A stretch of DNA of 34,895 bases, from NCBI GenBank assembly GCA_963733195.1, contig CAVTCR010000037.1, positions 1 to 34,895 on the forward strand, in the 5' to 3' direction. The stretch's first letter is position 1. Each line of letters begins with the position of its first letter. A program made the position numbers and the translations under genes. A model generated the notes under the pieces. That model ran no database searches, was not told the origin of the DNA, and saw nothing but the letters and a program-made list of their open reading frames with translations. Below are positions 1 to 8,062 of the stretch, piece after piece. This stretch comes from an uncultured delta proteobacterium (GTDB taxonomy: Bacteria; Desulfobacterota; Binatia; Bin18).

Positions 1-612
1 CGTACAGATTGGTTTCTACTTGAACCGCTGTATCGAAGAACAAGGCGCTTCAGCAAACTGCGCCCCAGCTGGCTTGTATGGGAATCGCGAACGGATCGAC
101 GGATTCAGTGGCAACCGGGTCCAAACGCTCGACCTTACTGGTTATCCGCCCGCGAGGCTTCGTGGCGACGCGCCGCTCAGTCTCATCCTCCGTTACTTCT
201 CCGTCTCTACCCTTAGCGGTCGTACCGAGGTCTGGCTGTGGAAAGACCGAGTCACAAGTGATGCAGCAGCAACGGTCAATCTCGCTGTATATGATGAAGA
301 TGAAAACGCGCACTCCATCACGTTCAGTCTTCCTGATGAGGTCAACTTTGCACCGACTGCACAGATCATCACCCCAGGGGCACCGGGGGCTGGTTCCGCA
401 TCCGCTTTGTCTGTGGACAGTTTGGCTATTGCGATTACGCCCCGCTTTCTCCTGCAACCTGGGGTAGCTCTGCAGCACCGACGACACCGATCCAATCGGT
501 CGCGTATTCGCTCCAATTCGCGAACAGCCAGAGCGCTACACTGCGCTGGGATACAGTCTTCCCCGCTCACCGGCAGTATACGACCTATATTGGTGGTATC
601 GGTGCGGAGTAA
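1..612 (+). CDS. Hypothetical protein, 5'-truncated by the window edge, with a probable frameshift near 385-390
   Basis: ORF 20..628 reads as plausible protein up to ...IITPGAPG. After a shift at the G-run near 385-390 it continues GWFRIRFVCGQFGYCDYAPLSPATWGSSAAPTTPIQSVAYSLQFANSQSATLRWDTVFPAHRQYTTYIGGIGAE to TAA at 610-612, followed by a terminator-like hairpin. Confidence 0.55.
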
Positions 613-638
613 CAGATTTCCCGCTTAGATAGCAGCAC

Positions 639-683
639 GGTAACCGATGAGGCGGAAGTAATGCTCCCGCCTCGTTACCTTTC
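639..683 (+). terminator. Probable intrinsic terminator
   Basis: GGTAAC..GAGGCGG / CCGCCTC-GTTACC stem followed by TTTC, just after the stop at 612. Confidence 0.5.
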
Positions 684-836
684 TCAACTCAGTTTTTCGC
701 AGAGATTTCTCACTTGCTCGATAAGTCCCAAGCAAATGAGAGAAGAACGGCACGGGGAGAACACAAACTCACGTGCTGATGCGAAAGAGGTTCGGGATAG
801 GCACTATCGAACGCGTGCCATCGGATCTCTCCGTAC

Positions 837-1034
837 TTAGAGACGTTTCGTTTCACCAACTTTCATTCCATACAACACGATCCCTTTATCAATACGGATG
901 GTAAAACCACAGACTGGATTGATACAACTCCAGACTTTGTACTGGAAGGACGCTCCACGTGGACCAAAGTCTGACAATGGCACGAGTAGTCCTTTATTGC
1001 ATTTCTGACACTGAGGAAGATCCACACCTACCAT
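837..1034 (-). CDS. Small zinc-ribbon-like hypothetical protein (65 aa)
   Basis: ATG at 1034 follows a GAGGAG RBS. Sequence MVGVDLPQCQKCNKGLLVPLSDFG...WSCINPVCGFTIRIDKG has CxxC and CxxxxC pairs. Confidence 0.7.
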   Translation of the reverse strand: MVGVDLPQCQKCNKGLLVPLSDFGPRGASFQYKVWSCINPVCGFTIRIDKGIVLYGMKVGETKRL

Positions 1035-1149
1035 CTCCTCTCGAAAGTATTCTGCCTCCCAGCCTTTACAGTAGTATGCCAGGGAGCATCCGAAACTCAA
1101 GGGGAACAACCGATAACGAACAGGCACCTCTCAGCACCTGCCCACACCT

Positions 1150-1962
1150 CTAGTCTTGGCACATCGGACAGAAAAACGAACTACGCCCACCACGAGTCTC
1201 GCGGCAAATGGCAGTCCGACAGGTTCGACATGGTTCGCCATTACGATCATACACTCGGAAACGTTGCTGAAACCCACCTTCTTTTCCTTCGCCATCCCGG
1301 TAGTCAGAGATAGAACTCCCACGATGACGAATCGCGTCCCGCAGTACGGCTTTGGTCGCTTTGACAACCCGATCAATCGCAGCGTGGTCTAACGCCGTAG
1401 CGATGCGGTCTGGGCGCACCCCGGCACGAAAGAGCAATTCGCTTGCATAAATGTTCCCTACCCCAGCCACGACACGTTGATCCATCAGTACATCTTTAAT
1501 TGTGCGCTTGGTACCGGATGCTTTACTAAGGAGATAACGAGCTGTGAAATCCTTACTCAGCGGTTCACATCCCAGCCTCGTGACCGCGTCGATCTCTTCT
1601 ACAGTTCCAACCACCATGAGCCCAAACCGGCGGGGATCATTATAGCGAAGATAATGACCAGAACTCAGCGCCACACGTACATGGTCATGCAGAAGGGGCA
1701 ATGCCTCGTGGGTTTCGACAATCAGTTGTCCGGTCATACCAAGATGGACAAGCCATATCCTGTGGTCATCGAGCTGAAAGTGCAGATACTTCCCACGACG
1801 ATCAATCGCACGAATGGTGCGTCCGGTGAGTGTTTGCGCAAACCCAGCAGGAAGCGTTCGACGCAGACGCGGCTCACGAACTTCGACCTGCGTGACTGTC
1901 CGACCAACCAGAAACGGTTCGAGGCTACGTCGCACGGTTTCGACTTCAGGTAACTCCGGCAT
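1150..1962 (-). CDS. mutM: Formamidopyrimidine-DNA glycosylase / AP lyase (Fpg)
   Basis: N-terminal MPELPEVET, RRGKYL, HLGMTG, DPRRFG, H2TH motif AGVGNIYASELLF and C-terminal zinc finger CRTC...FFCPMCQ. True start is at 1962 inside the longer ORF. Confidence 0.97.
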   Translation of the reverse strand: MPELPEVETVRRSLEPFLVGRTVTQVEVREPRLRRTLPAGFAQTLTGRTIRAIDRRGKYLHFQLDDHRIWLVHLGMTGQLIVETHEALPLLHDHVRVALSSGHYLRYNDPRRFGLMVVGTVEEIDAVTRLGCEPLSKDFTARYLLSKASGTKRTIKDVLMDQRVVAGVGNIYASELLFRAGVRPDRIATALDHAAIDRVVKATKAVLRDAIRHRGSSISDYRDGEGKEGGFQQRFRVYDRNGEPCRTCRTAICRETRGGRSSFFCPMCQD

Positions 1963-2113
1963 GATTCTTTTTTTCCCTTTCAGTGGCCCTTTCATGCCAT
2001 AGCTCTGGCAAGACGGCAACCAAGACGTAATACACATTTCCCATTGCTTGTCATGCCTAGGGAAGGTGCAGTATACACAAGGGAACAAATACACGTGACA
2101 GACTGAGGAATGT

Positions 2114-2434
2114 ATGGATGTATTTAAGGATGTGGGTGCTCTCGTCGCCTTCGCGTCTGACAAGATGAAGAAGGTCAACATTTTTGACACTGAACGGATG
2201 TTTTGCGACGTGTACTGCTTTGAACCCAATCAGACACAGACCGCGCACGCCCATAAGGGCTCAGACAAAGTCTACTACGTGCTCCAAGGCAGCGCTGAAA
2301 TCCGTATTGGTCAGGAAACGCGTGTGCTCGGCCCTGGGCATGCAGCGCTCGCTCCGTCTGGTGTCGAACACGCAGTACGCAATCCCAGCGCGGAGCGCAG
2401 CACAGTACTCGTATTTATGGCTCCCAAACCGTAA
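2114..2434 (+). CDS. Cupin domain protein
   Basis: GAGGA RBS; cupin motifs HAHKGSDKVYYVLQG and APSGVEHAVRN. Confidence 0.85.
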   Translation: MDVFKDVGALVAFASDKMKKVNIFDTERMFCDVYCFEPNQTQTAHAHKGSDKVYYVLQGSAEIRIGQETRVLGPGHAALAPSGVEHAVRNPSAERSTVLVFMAPKP

Positions 2435-2450
2435 ATGTTATTGGAGGAAG

Positions 2451-2918
2451 ATGTTCCCCGACTTCGCTCTCACCAAACAAGAGAGAAGAAAAGAGTACCC
2501 TATGGAAGACATACAATCGATCATTGCTGCGAATCAGGCGTTCTATCGTGCATTTGAAACGCTCGAAATCAAAGAAATGGAAAAAGTCTGGTTACGTGCT
2601 AGTCACATTAAATGTGTTCATCCTGGATGGCCACTGCTCTGTGGATGGGGACCGATTATGACGAGCTGGGAGCGCATTTTTGACAACACGTTTTCCATGC
2701 GCTTCACCCTGACGGATGTTCGCGTGGAAGTGTCGGGCTCTCTCGCTTGGGTAGTGCTGATCGAAAACCTCGAATCGCACGGTTATGATGGTCCTTCGCG
2801 TTCACAGGTACTCACCACTAATATTTTTGAACAACAAGATGGGCACTGGTTCATTGTCCATCATCATGCCTCTCCGATCTTTGGCCCACCTGCGACGGGA
2901 GAAGATCAGTTGCAATAA
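2451..2918 (+). CDS. SnoaL/NTF2-like family protein
   Basis: AANQAFYRAFE...CVHPGW...SWERIF...TNIFE..DGHWFIVHHHAS signature. ATG 2451 follows GGAGGA; alternative start at 2502 (MEDIQ). Confidence 0.85.
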   Translation: MFPDFALTKQERRKEYPMEDIQSIIAANQAFYRAFETLEIKEMEKVWLRASHIKCVHPGWPLLCGWGPIMTSWERIFDNTFSMRFTLTDVRVEVSGSLAWVVLIENLESHGYDGPSRSQVLTTNIFEQQDGHWFIVHHHASPIFGPPATGEDQLQ

Positions 2919-2934
2919 ATCCCTTTCCCTCTTT

Positions 2935-2963
2935 TTGCCCCAATGATACAGTAACTTTATTCT
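2935..2963 (+). promoter_or_regulatory. Putative sigma70 promoter for efp
   Basis: TTGCCC-17 bp-TATTCT upstream of the AGGAGG RBS and ATG 2991. Confidence 0.4.
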
Positions 2964-2990
2964 CAATCGTTCGTCAGGAGGAGCGCCCGT

Positions 2991-3557
2991 ATGTTGGTAG
3001 CCGCAACCCAGTTGCGCGTGGGAAACGTCATTATGCATCAAAATGACCTCCACCGCGTTATGGAAACGACCCATGTCACCCCAGGAAACTGGCGGGGATT
3101 TGTCCGCAGCAAGTTACGCAATCTCCGCAGTGGAACACAAACCGAGTATCGGTTCCGTTCAGAAGAAAAGGCCGAACGCGTCACACTTGAACAGCAAGAT
3201 ATGGAGTATCTGTATGAATCAGGTGGCGACTATTTCTTTATGAATTCGGAAACATTTGAGCAGATCTCCCTGTCAAAAGATGATTTGGGTGATTCAGTGC
3301 TGTATCTGAAAGCGAATCTCAAAATTCGTATTGAGCTCTACGACGGGAAGCCGATTGGCGTCTCGCTGCCGAAAACCGTTGACTTAACAGTCACCGATGC
3401 ACCGCCGGCAATGAAAACCGCCACGGTCACGAACGAACTCAAACCAGCGACGACGGAGACCGGACTGGTCGTACGCGTGCCCGCCTTTATTGCTGTGGGA
3501 GAGGCGGTGCGGGTTGATACTGAAACCGGGCAGTACGTCTCACGGGCCAAAGAGTGA
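2991..3557 (+). CDS. efp: Translation elongation factor P
   Basis: 188 aa; LRVGNVI, HVTPGNWRG loop, YFFMNSETFEQ, KPATTETGLVVRVPAFI...VRVDTETGQYVSRA. Confidence 0.96.
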   Translation: MLVAATQLRVGNVIMHQNDLHRVMETTHVTPGNWRGFVRSKLRNLRSGTQTEYRFRSEEKAERVTLEQQDMEYLYESGGDYFFMNSETFEQISLSKDDLGDSVLYLKANLKIRIELYDGKPIGVSLPKTVDLTVTDAPPAMKTATVTNELKPATTETGLVVRVPAFIAVGEAVRVDTETGQYVSRAKE

Positions 3558-3594
3558 GGAAGGACCTCCGAAGTTCTCTCTCTCTTGAGACTGT

Positions 3595-3987
3595 ATGAAA
3601 CAGTTTGTCATCGGCGTAAGTGTCGGCGCCCTTGTAAGTATACTCAGTGGAACGAATCTGGTGACAGGTTTGTTCCACACCTCCCAAAGCCTGGCACAAA
3701 CGACCGCCGAGCCTGTACTCGTTTTTGAGAATGAACGGATAAAAGCCTGGAGTCTCACCTTAGAACCAGGACAATCGACACCACAACATACACACCAAGT
3801 AGATGAAATTGTCGTCTGTTTAGAAAGCAGTAAGCTCCGCCTCACCACACCAGGCCCAGACTCTGATGGACAAACCGTTCACCCTAAGAATGGCGAAGTC
3901 TTCATGCCGAAGGTCAAAGGGGTCACTCACATTCTCACCAATGCTGGCGCAACCCGCTACAAACAGATTGCGATCGAGATAAAGTAA
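3595..3987 (+). CDS. Secreted cupin-fold protein
   Basis: N-terminal hydrophobic signal ending SLA-Q; VFENERIKAWSLTLEPGQSTPQHTH...THILTNAG cupin pattern. Confidence 0.75.
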   Translation: MKQFVIGVSVGALVSILSGTNLVTGLFHTSQSLAQTTAEPVLVFENERIKAWSLTLEPGQSTPQHTHQVDEIVVCLESSKLRLTTPGPDSDGQTVHPKNGEVFMPKVKGVTHILTNAGATRYKQIAIEIK

Positions 3988-3996
3988 AAATCTGTC

Positions 3997-4029
3997 GGGG
4001 CACAGCGTATACTGTGCTTTCCTCTTTTG
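3997..4029. terminator. Possible terminator between convergent genes
   Basis: GGGGCACAG-CGTATA-CTGTGCTTT hairpin followed by a T-rich tract. Confidence 0.4.
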
Positions 4030-4257
4030 TCATTCATCTGCGTCCTCAAGCGCTCTACTGGAGGCTTCAAGCGCGCTTTTTGCTTCGTGCGCTTGATTGA
4101 TGGCTCCGTGTAGGGTTTCGCCATACTCCCGGCCAACAGATGGTGATGGAGATTGCACGGTCTTGGCTTTGGGCTTTTCTCCGTCCCGACACCCGGCAAG
4201 CAGCACAGTAGCACCGAATACCACTACAAAAGCTATTCGAATCATGTATTTGTTCAT
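4030..4257 (-). CDS. Small putative lipoprotein
   Basis: Basic N-terminus, hydrophobic stretch and lipobox LLAG-C. Confidence 0.65.
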   Translation of the reverse strand: MNKYMIRIAFVVVFGATVLLAGCRDGEKPKAKTVQSPSPSVGREYGETLHGAINQAHEAKSALEASSRALEDADE

Positions 4258-4540
4258 ACGTCACTCGTTCAATCACAGACCATATTGTCCCTTACAGGGA
4301 CTATCGGCACTTTCCTTTTTATTCTTCAGCCACCCGCCTCTTCTTTCGCCTCAGCCCCAGCAAGCGGTACGGAGAACCCGCCGCTCACCATCGCGAGCGT
4401 CGTATTAGGGAAAAGATAGCCAACCCCTACCAGAACGGTATCCGAAATTTCTAGCTTGCAGCGGCAATGGCAGCACTGTAGAAGTTTAACATCAGGTATT
4501 GCTCATAGAGCACTAAGGTGACAGCCATTCACGTTTGCCA

Positions 4541-4939
4541 ATGACCATCGGACGAATTTCTCTCATACTTTCTGCGCTGGTGTTCGGAGCCTTTGGCTTG
4601 GCTTTCTTGCTCTGGCCCACTGCAATGGCTGGACTTGTCGACATTACACTTCCAACCTCAACTGCAATCATCGACTTCCAAGCAACCTACGGAGGTTTGG
4701 AAATTGGCCTTGCAATGTTCTTTGCCTACTGTGCCACTACGAATCGCTTGATACACCCAGCCCTACTCGTCCAAGCTTTGTCCTTGGGCGGTCTTGCACT
4801 GGGACGGATCATCGGGCTACTGCAGGCTGGGCCGGCACAGCCTTTGATATATTGGCTCTTGCTGGCAGAGCTATCTGGATGTGCTTTGGGGGTATTTGCA
4901 CTGAAAAGGGAACCGCATCTGTTAGACCAACAAACGTAG
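4541..4939 (+). CDS. DUF4345-like membrane protein
   Basis: Four hydrophobic segments with ATYGGLEIG and LGRIIG motifs. TTG at 4535 is an alternative start. Confidence 0.75.
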   Translation: MTIGRISLILSALVFGAFGLAFLLWPTAMAGLVDITLPTSTAIIDFQATYGGLEIGLAMFFAYCATTNRLIHPALLVQALSLGGLALGRIIGLLQAGPAQPLIYWLLLAELSGCALGVFALKREPHLLDQQT

Positions 4940-4967
4940 GTAGAGACGCGACATGTCGCGTCTCTAC
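4940..4967. repeat. GTAG-type REP palindrome, intergenic between convergent genes
   Basis: Perfect 28-bp palindrome GTAGAGACGCGACATGTCGCGTCTCTAC. Identical copies at 30447-30474 and 34414-34441. Confidence 0.9.
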
Positions 4968-4986
4968 ACCATACCTCTTCCGGAAA

Positions 4987-5400
4987 TTAACTATGCGCCG
5001 GTCGATTATCCGGCTTCACCTTGCGTTCCGTAAACAACCACTTCCCATTCACTTTTTCCATTCTGTCTTCATAACGACCAGAAACGATCAACTCGGTCTT
5101 CCCTTCACTCGCGTGAGTCATGAGCAAATAGCACTCACCGGTGGCATGATTACCTTCAACGTTGAGTAACACGTTCATCACGCAATGACGCGGTTGTGCG
5201 TTCCCTGTCCAGGAACGGTACTTCTCGGTGAATTGCTTGAGCATCGTTTTGCCTTGCCAGCGGCCGAGAATCGGACTGTCAAAGACGCCATCCTCAGTAA
5301 AGGTTCCCACCCAATCGTCGTAACGTCCAGAATCAATGTACAGACAGTAGCGCGTCACCAAATCACGTAGTTCCTCTTTCTCTTCCAATAGACTCGTCAT
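4987..5400 (-). CDS. SnoaL-like (NTF2 family) protein
   Basis: ELRDLVTRYCLYID...FTEDGVF...RHCVMN...GRYEDRMEKVNGKWLFTER; AAGGAGG RBS. Paralog of 12829-13238. Confidence 0.88.
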   Translation of the reverse strand: MTSLLEEKEELRDLVTRYCLYIDSGRYDDWVGTFTEDGVFDSPILGRWQGKTMLKQFTEKYRSWTGNAQPRHCVMNVLLNVEGNHATGECYLLMTHASEGKTELIVSGRYEDRMEKVNGKWLFTERKVKPDNRPAHS

Positions 5401-5425
5401 GAAATCCTCCTTTGCTAGGGAAACA

Positions 5426-6016
5426 CTAAAAAATCTGAGTCATGCTCCCATGAATCGGCTCTAGCTTGACTGCATGCGCCTCGCCGCCAGGTAACGCCAC
5501 CTCAAAGAGGCGGGCTGCGACAAAAATGGGGCGATGAAAACGCAGGGCCAACGCAATCGCATCACTCGGGCGACTATCGATCTGCAGCGGATTTTTTCCG
5601 TTCGCAAGATAGATGAAGGCATAGTAGGTATTATCCTTCATCTCGGTCACAACGACCTTCTCGAACCCTACCCCGACTTTCTCAAGAATATTCTTCAGGA
5701 GATCATGCGTCATGGGACGAGGGAGGACGGTTCCCTCCAACTGCAGATGAATCGCTTGCGCTTCAGCCATACCGACCCAAATGGGAATCGCTTTCGTCTG
5801 CTCCTGGTTTTGTAAAATAACAACTGGTGAATTCACAGCAGGATCGAAACTCACCCCTTTAACTTCAACTTGCACATACTCATCGGAGCCTGAGCGTACA
5901 GAATCGCGGCAGGACGTGAGCAGTACGACAGGCACTACCATCAGGGTCCAGAGGCGCCAGGTGCTTCGTATTCGCAGGGACAAAAAAGAATGGCTGACAG
6001 TAATATGCGTGTCCAT
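5426..6016 (-). CDS. Bifunctional nuclease (DUF151) family protein with an N-terminal lipoprotein-like signal
   Basis: IPIWVGMAEAQAI, RPMTHDLL and IDSRPSDAIALALR motifs. Start is probably ATG 6016; VVPVVLLTS-C resembles a lipobox. Confidence 0.88.
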   Translation of the reverse strand: MDTHITVSHSFLSLRIRSTWRLWTLMVVPVVLLTSCRDSVRSGSDEYVQVEVKGVSFDPAVNSPVVILQNQEQTKAIPIWVGMAEAQAIHLQLEGTVLPRPMTHDLLKNILEKVGVGFEKVVVTEMKDNTYYAFIYLANGKNPLQIDSRPSDAIALALRFHRPIFVAARLFEVALPGGEAHAVKLEPIHGSMTQIF

Positions 6017-6088
6017 AAGCGCCCCCGTCTCGCGAGAATGGATGCAGTCTATTTCCTTTTCGCACATCTTGCTAGTATAATTTGTGTT

Positions 6089-6664
6089 ATGGGGAAAATG
6101 ATTGTAGGCAATGATCGGCTGAAGTCCTTTTTCTTGCAATGTGCACAGCAAAGCTTCCGTGAGCTCGGCTTGAACGATGCAGCCATTACGGACTATGTCG
6201 CTAGCGTCTTGACGACGTTCGCACACACAGACCACCTCTATCGCGTACGAACACCGAAAGGCCGACGACTCGACAGTGTGGTGGAAATGTTGAATGCCTA
6301 TCTCAGTCCAACAGATCGAGTCCAGCACCCGGTTCATCGTGAACGCGAGTTTCGCAAGTACGTGGGGGACTACACCCTTTTCATGAGCGGCTTGTTTCGT
6401 ACGCATGTCGAGCAGGATGGCGTGCTGGAGTATTACTTCTCCGAAGGGCGACGCTCGTACTTGAAGGTGTCAGAACTCGACGTCGCGCTCTATCAGACCG
6501 GATTTCTGTTGTTTCAAGAGTTGTCAAAGAATTTTGAGTATTACTCCGGGGCTCTCGACTACATGCGTAAGGCGTACTTCGCCCCGCTGCCAGGTGAAGA
6601 TCCGTTCGGGCAATTTCTACGGAATGTTGAAGGGTGGATGAAAACCAACCTCTCACACAACTAG
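6089..6664 (+). CDS. Conserved hypothetical protein
   Basis: DYVASVLTTF...REREFRKYVGDYTLFMSGLF...YYFSEGRRSY. Divergent from the DUF151 gene. TATAAT at 6076-6081 lies just before ATG 6089; ATG 6098 is an alternative. Confidence 0.75.
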   Translation: MGKMIVGNDRLKSFFLQCAQQSFRELGLNDAAITDYVASVLTTFAHTDHLYRVRTPKGRRLDSVVEMLNAYLSPTDRVQHPVHREREFRKYVGDYTLFMSGLFRTHVEQDGVLEYYFSEGRRSYLKVSELDVALYQTGFLLFQELSKNFEYYSGALDYMRKAYFAPLPGEDPFGQFLRNVEGWMKTNLSHN

Positions 6665-7593
6665 CTACCACCGTAGCCAGCGACACAGTGCAGCAGTGGC
6701 TTGTCTGTGACTCAGATAGCGGGCGGCGGCTCGATACTTTCCTCATTGCCCATTTGCCAGAAATAACACGTCGTGAGATTATCGAGCGGCTTGCTGCAGG
6801 CCACGCTCGCATTAACGGTCGCGTCAGCGTCAAAGGGTCCCCTGTGCGGCTTGGAGATACAGTTACCTTCACCTCGCCCCTTACGCTTTCTCCCAATCCG
6901 CAATTGCCTATTCAGACTCTCTGGGTTGATGACGCTATTGTTGTAGTCAACAAACCGATTGGCATCCCCAGTGTGGCGTTGCGACATGACGAGACAGCGA
7001 CCGTCGCCAACTTTCTGCTCGCCCACTTTCCTGAGATGGCGACGGCGAGCCCGCGTACACTAGAAGCTGGTGTTGTGCATCGCCTTGACACCGCTACGTC
7101 GGGTGTGTTGGTGGCAGCTCGTATCCCTCATGCGTACACTGTGCTGCGTGAACAATTCGCCAAGCAGACCGTTAAGAAACAATACCTGGCCCTAGTTCAT
7201 GGACAGTTACAGCAGACCGGCTCGCACCGATCGGTGCTGATACCAAGCGGCATACATGGCCAACGCATGCGTGAAGTAACGACAGGGAGCGGACAGGAGG
7301 CTCACACTTTCTTCACGTCAGTCGCGCACTTTGCCCGTCACACGTTAGTGCGCGTGACGATTCCTACTGGAGTTCGCCACCAAATTCGCGTTCATCTCGC
7401 CGCCCTCGGACATCCCATCGTTGGCGATGCTGTGTATGGCACGCAGATGGAAAACGAGCGCCTCTGTCTGCACGCCGAAATGCTTTCTTTTCTCCACCCA
7501 CAGACAGGAATACGCGTGCAATTCACCTGCCCACTGCCTGAAGACTTTCAGGCAGTACAAGACCGCGTCACGAACATGAGCTCGGTTTCTTAA
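6634..7593 (+). CDS. RluA/RluD-family pseudouridine synthase with N-terminal S4-like domain
   Basis: GRRLDTFL, VVVNKPIG, catalytic VVHRLDTATSGV, TGVRHQIRVHLAALGHPIVGDAVYG, LCLHA. Start is GTG 6634 or 6688. Confidence 0.93.
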   Translation: MDENQPLTQLATTVASDTVQQWLVCDSDSGRRLDTFLIAHLPEITRREIIERLAAGHARINGRVSVKGSPVRLGDTVTFTSPLTLSPNPQLPIQTLWVDDAIVVVNKPIGIPSVALRHDETATVANFLLAHFPEMATASPRTLEAGVVHRLDTATSGVLVAARIPHAYTVLREQFAKQTVKKQYLALVHGQLQQTGSHRSVLIPSGIHGQRMREVTTGSGQEAHTFFTSVAHFARHTLVRVTIPTGVRHQIRVHLAALGHPIVGDAVYGTQMENERLCLHAEMLSFLHPQTGIRVQFTCPLPEDFQAVQDRVTNMSSVS

Positions 7594-7598
7594 GTAAT

Positions 7599-7733
7599 GT
7601 AGAGTTGGACAAACGCGCAGCGTTGCCCAACAGGAAGGCGAGGAACGTTGCGCTTTGTGTTCTCTCAGTTGCATCGCCTAACTAGCGTGCAGCAAAATCC
7701 GTGCACAGGAATCCCGGATTGCATCCGGGCTAC
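7599..7733. repeat. Degenerate pair of GTAG-type REP hairpins (BIME-like)
   Basis: GTAGAGTTGGACAAACGCGCAGCGTTGCCCAAC (7599-7631) and, inverted, CCCGGATTGCATCCGGGCTAC (7713-7733), whose reverse complement is GTAGCCCGGATGCAATCCGGG. Confidence 0.6.
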
Positions 7734-7820
7734 GGCACTAGTGCAGCGACTGTACGGTGCAAGACAAGAGGGCAGAGAAGAGCTGGAAAAATACACGGAT
7801 CTCGCCTAGGGTAACATGGT

Positions 7821-7880
7821 TGGTTCACCGAAGGATTTACCCAAGGACTTACAAGAGGCGAAGGCGTTGCTAGGGACTAA
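7821..7880 (+). pseudogene. Orphan 3'-terminal fragment of a cyclase-STAND-TPR gene
   Basis: TGGTTCACCGAAGGATTT..CCAAGGACTTACAAGAGGCGAAGGCGTTGCTA encodes WFTEGF..KDLQEAKALL, matching the ends of the three complete paralogs. No upstream TPR sequence is recognisable. Confidence 0.8.
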
Positions 7881-8062
7881 GTCAACGCGTTGAAGAGAGA
7901 CGGAACAGTGAACGCTGGACGAGTGGCACGAATATTGGCTAAGATGGGTGGTCATCCCTCGCCAGTACCTTCAGGCGGCGGGTGGAGCCGTCACGCTCCG
8001 CGCCTCTAAGATGCTTGTTTGCGTACCTGCCTCAGATGCCATGAGCACGCACAGGAGCGCCG

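Noticed and set aside
1963-2229. N-terminal extension of MutM in the ORF track
   Set aside because: Fpg needs an N-terminal Pro (MPELPEV), and the extension overlaps the opposite-strand cupin gene.
6017-6406. Long N-terminal extension of the DUF151 ORF
   Set aside because: It overlaps a convincing gene on the + strand; a shadow reading frame.
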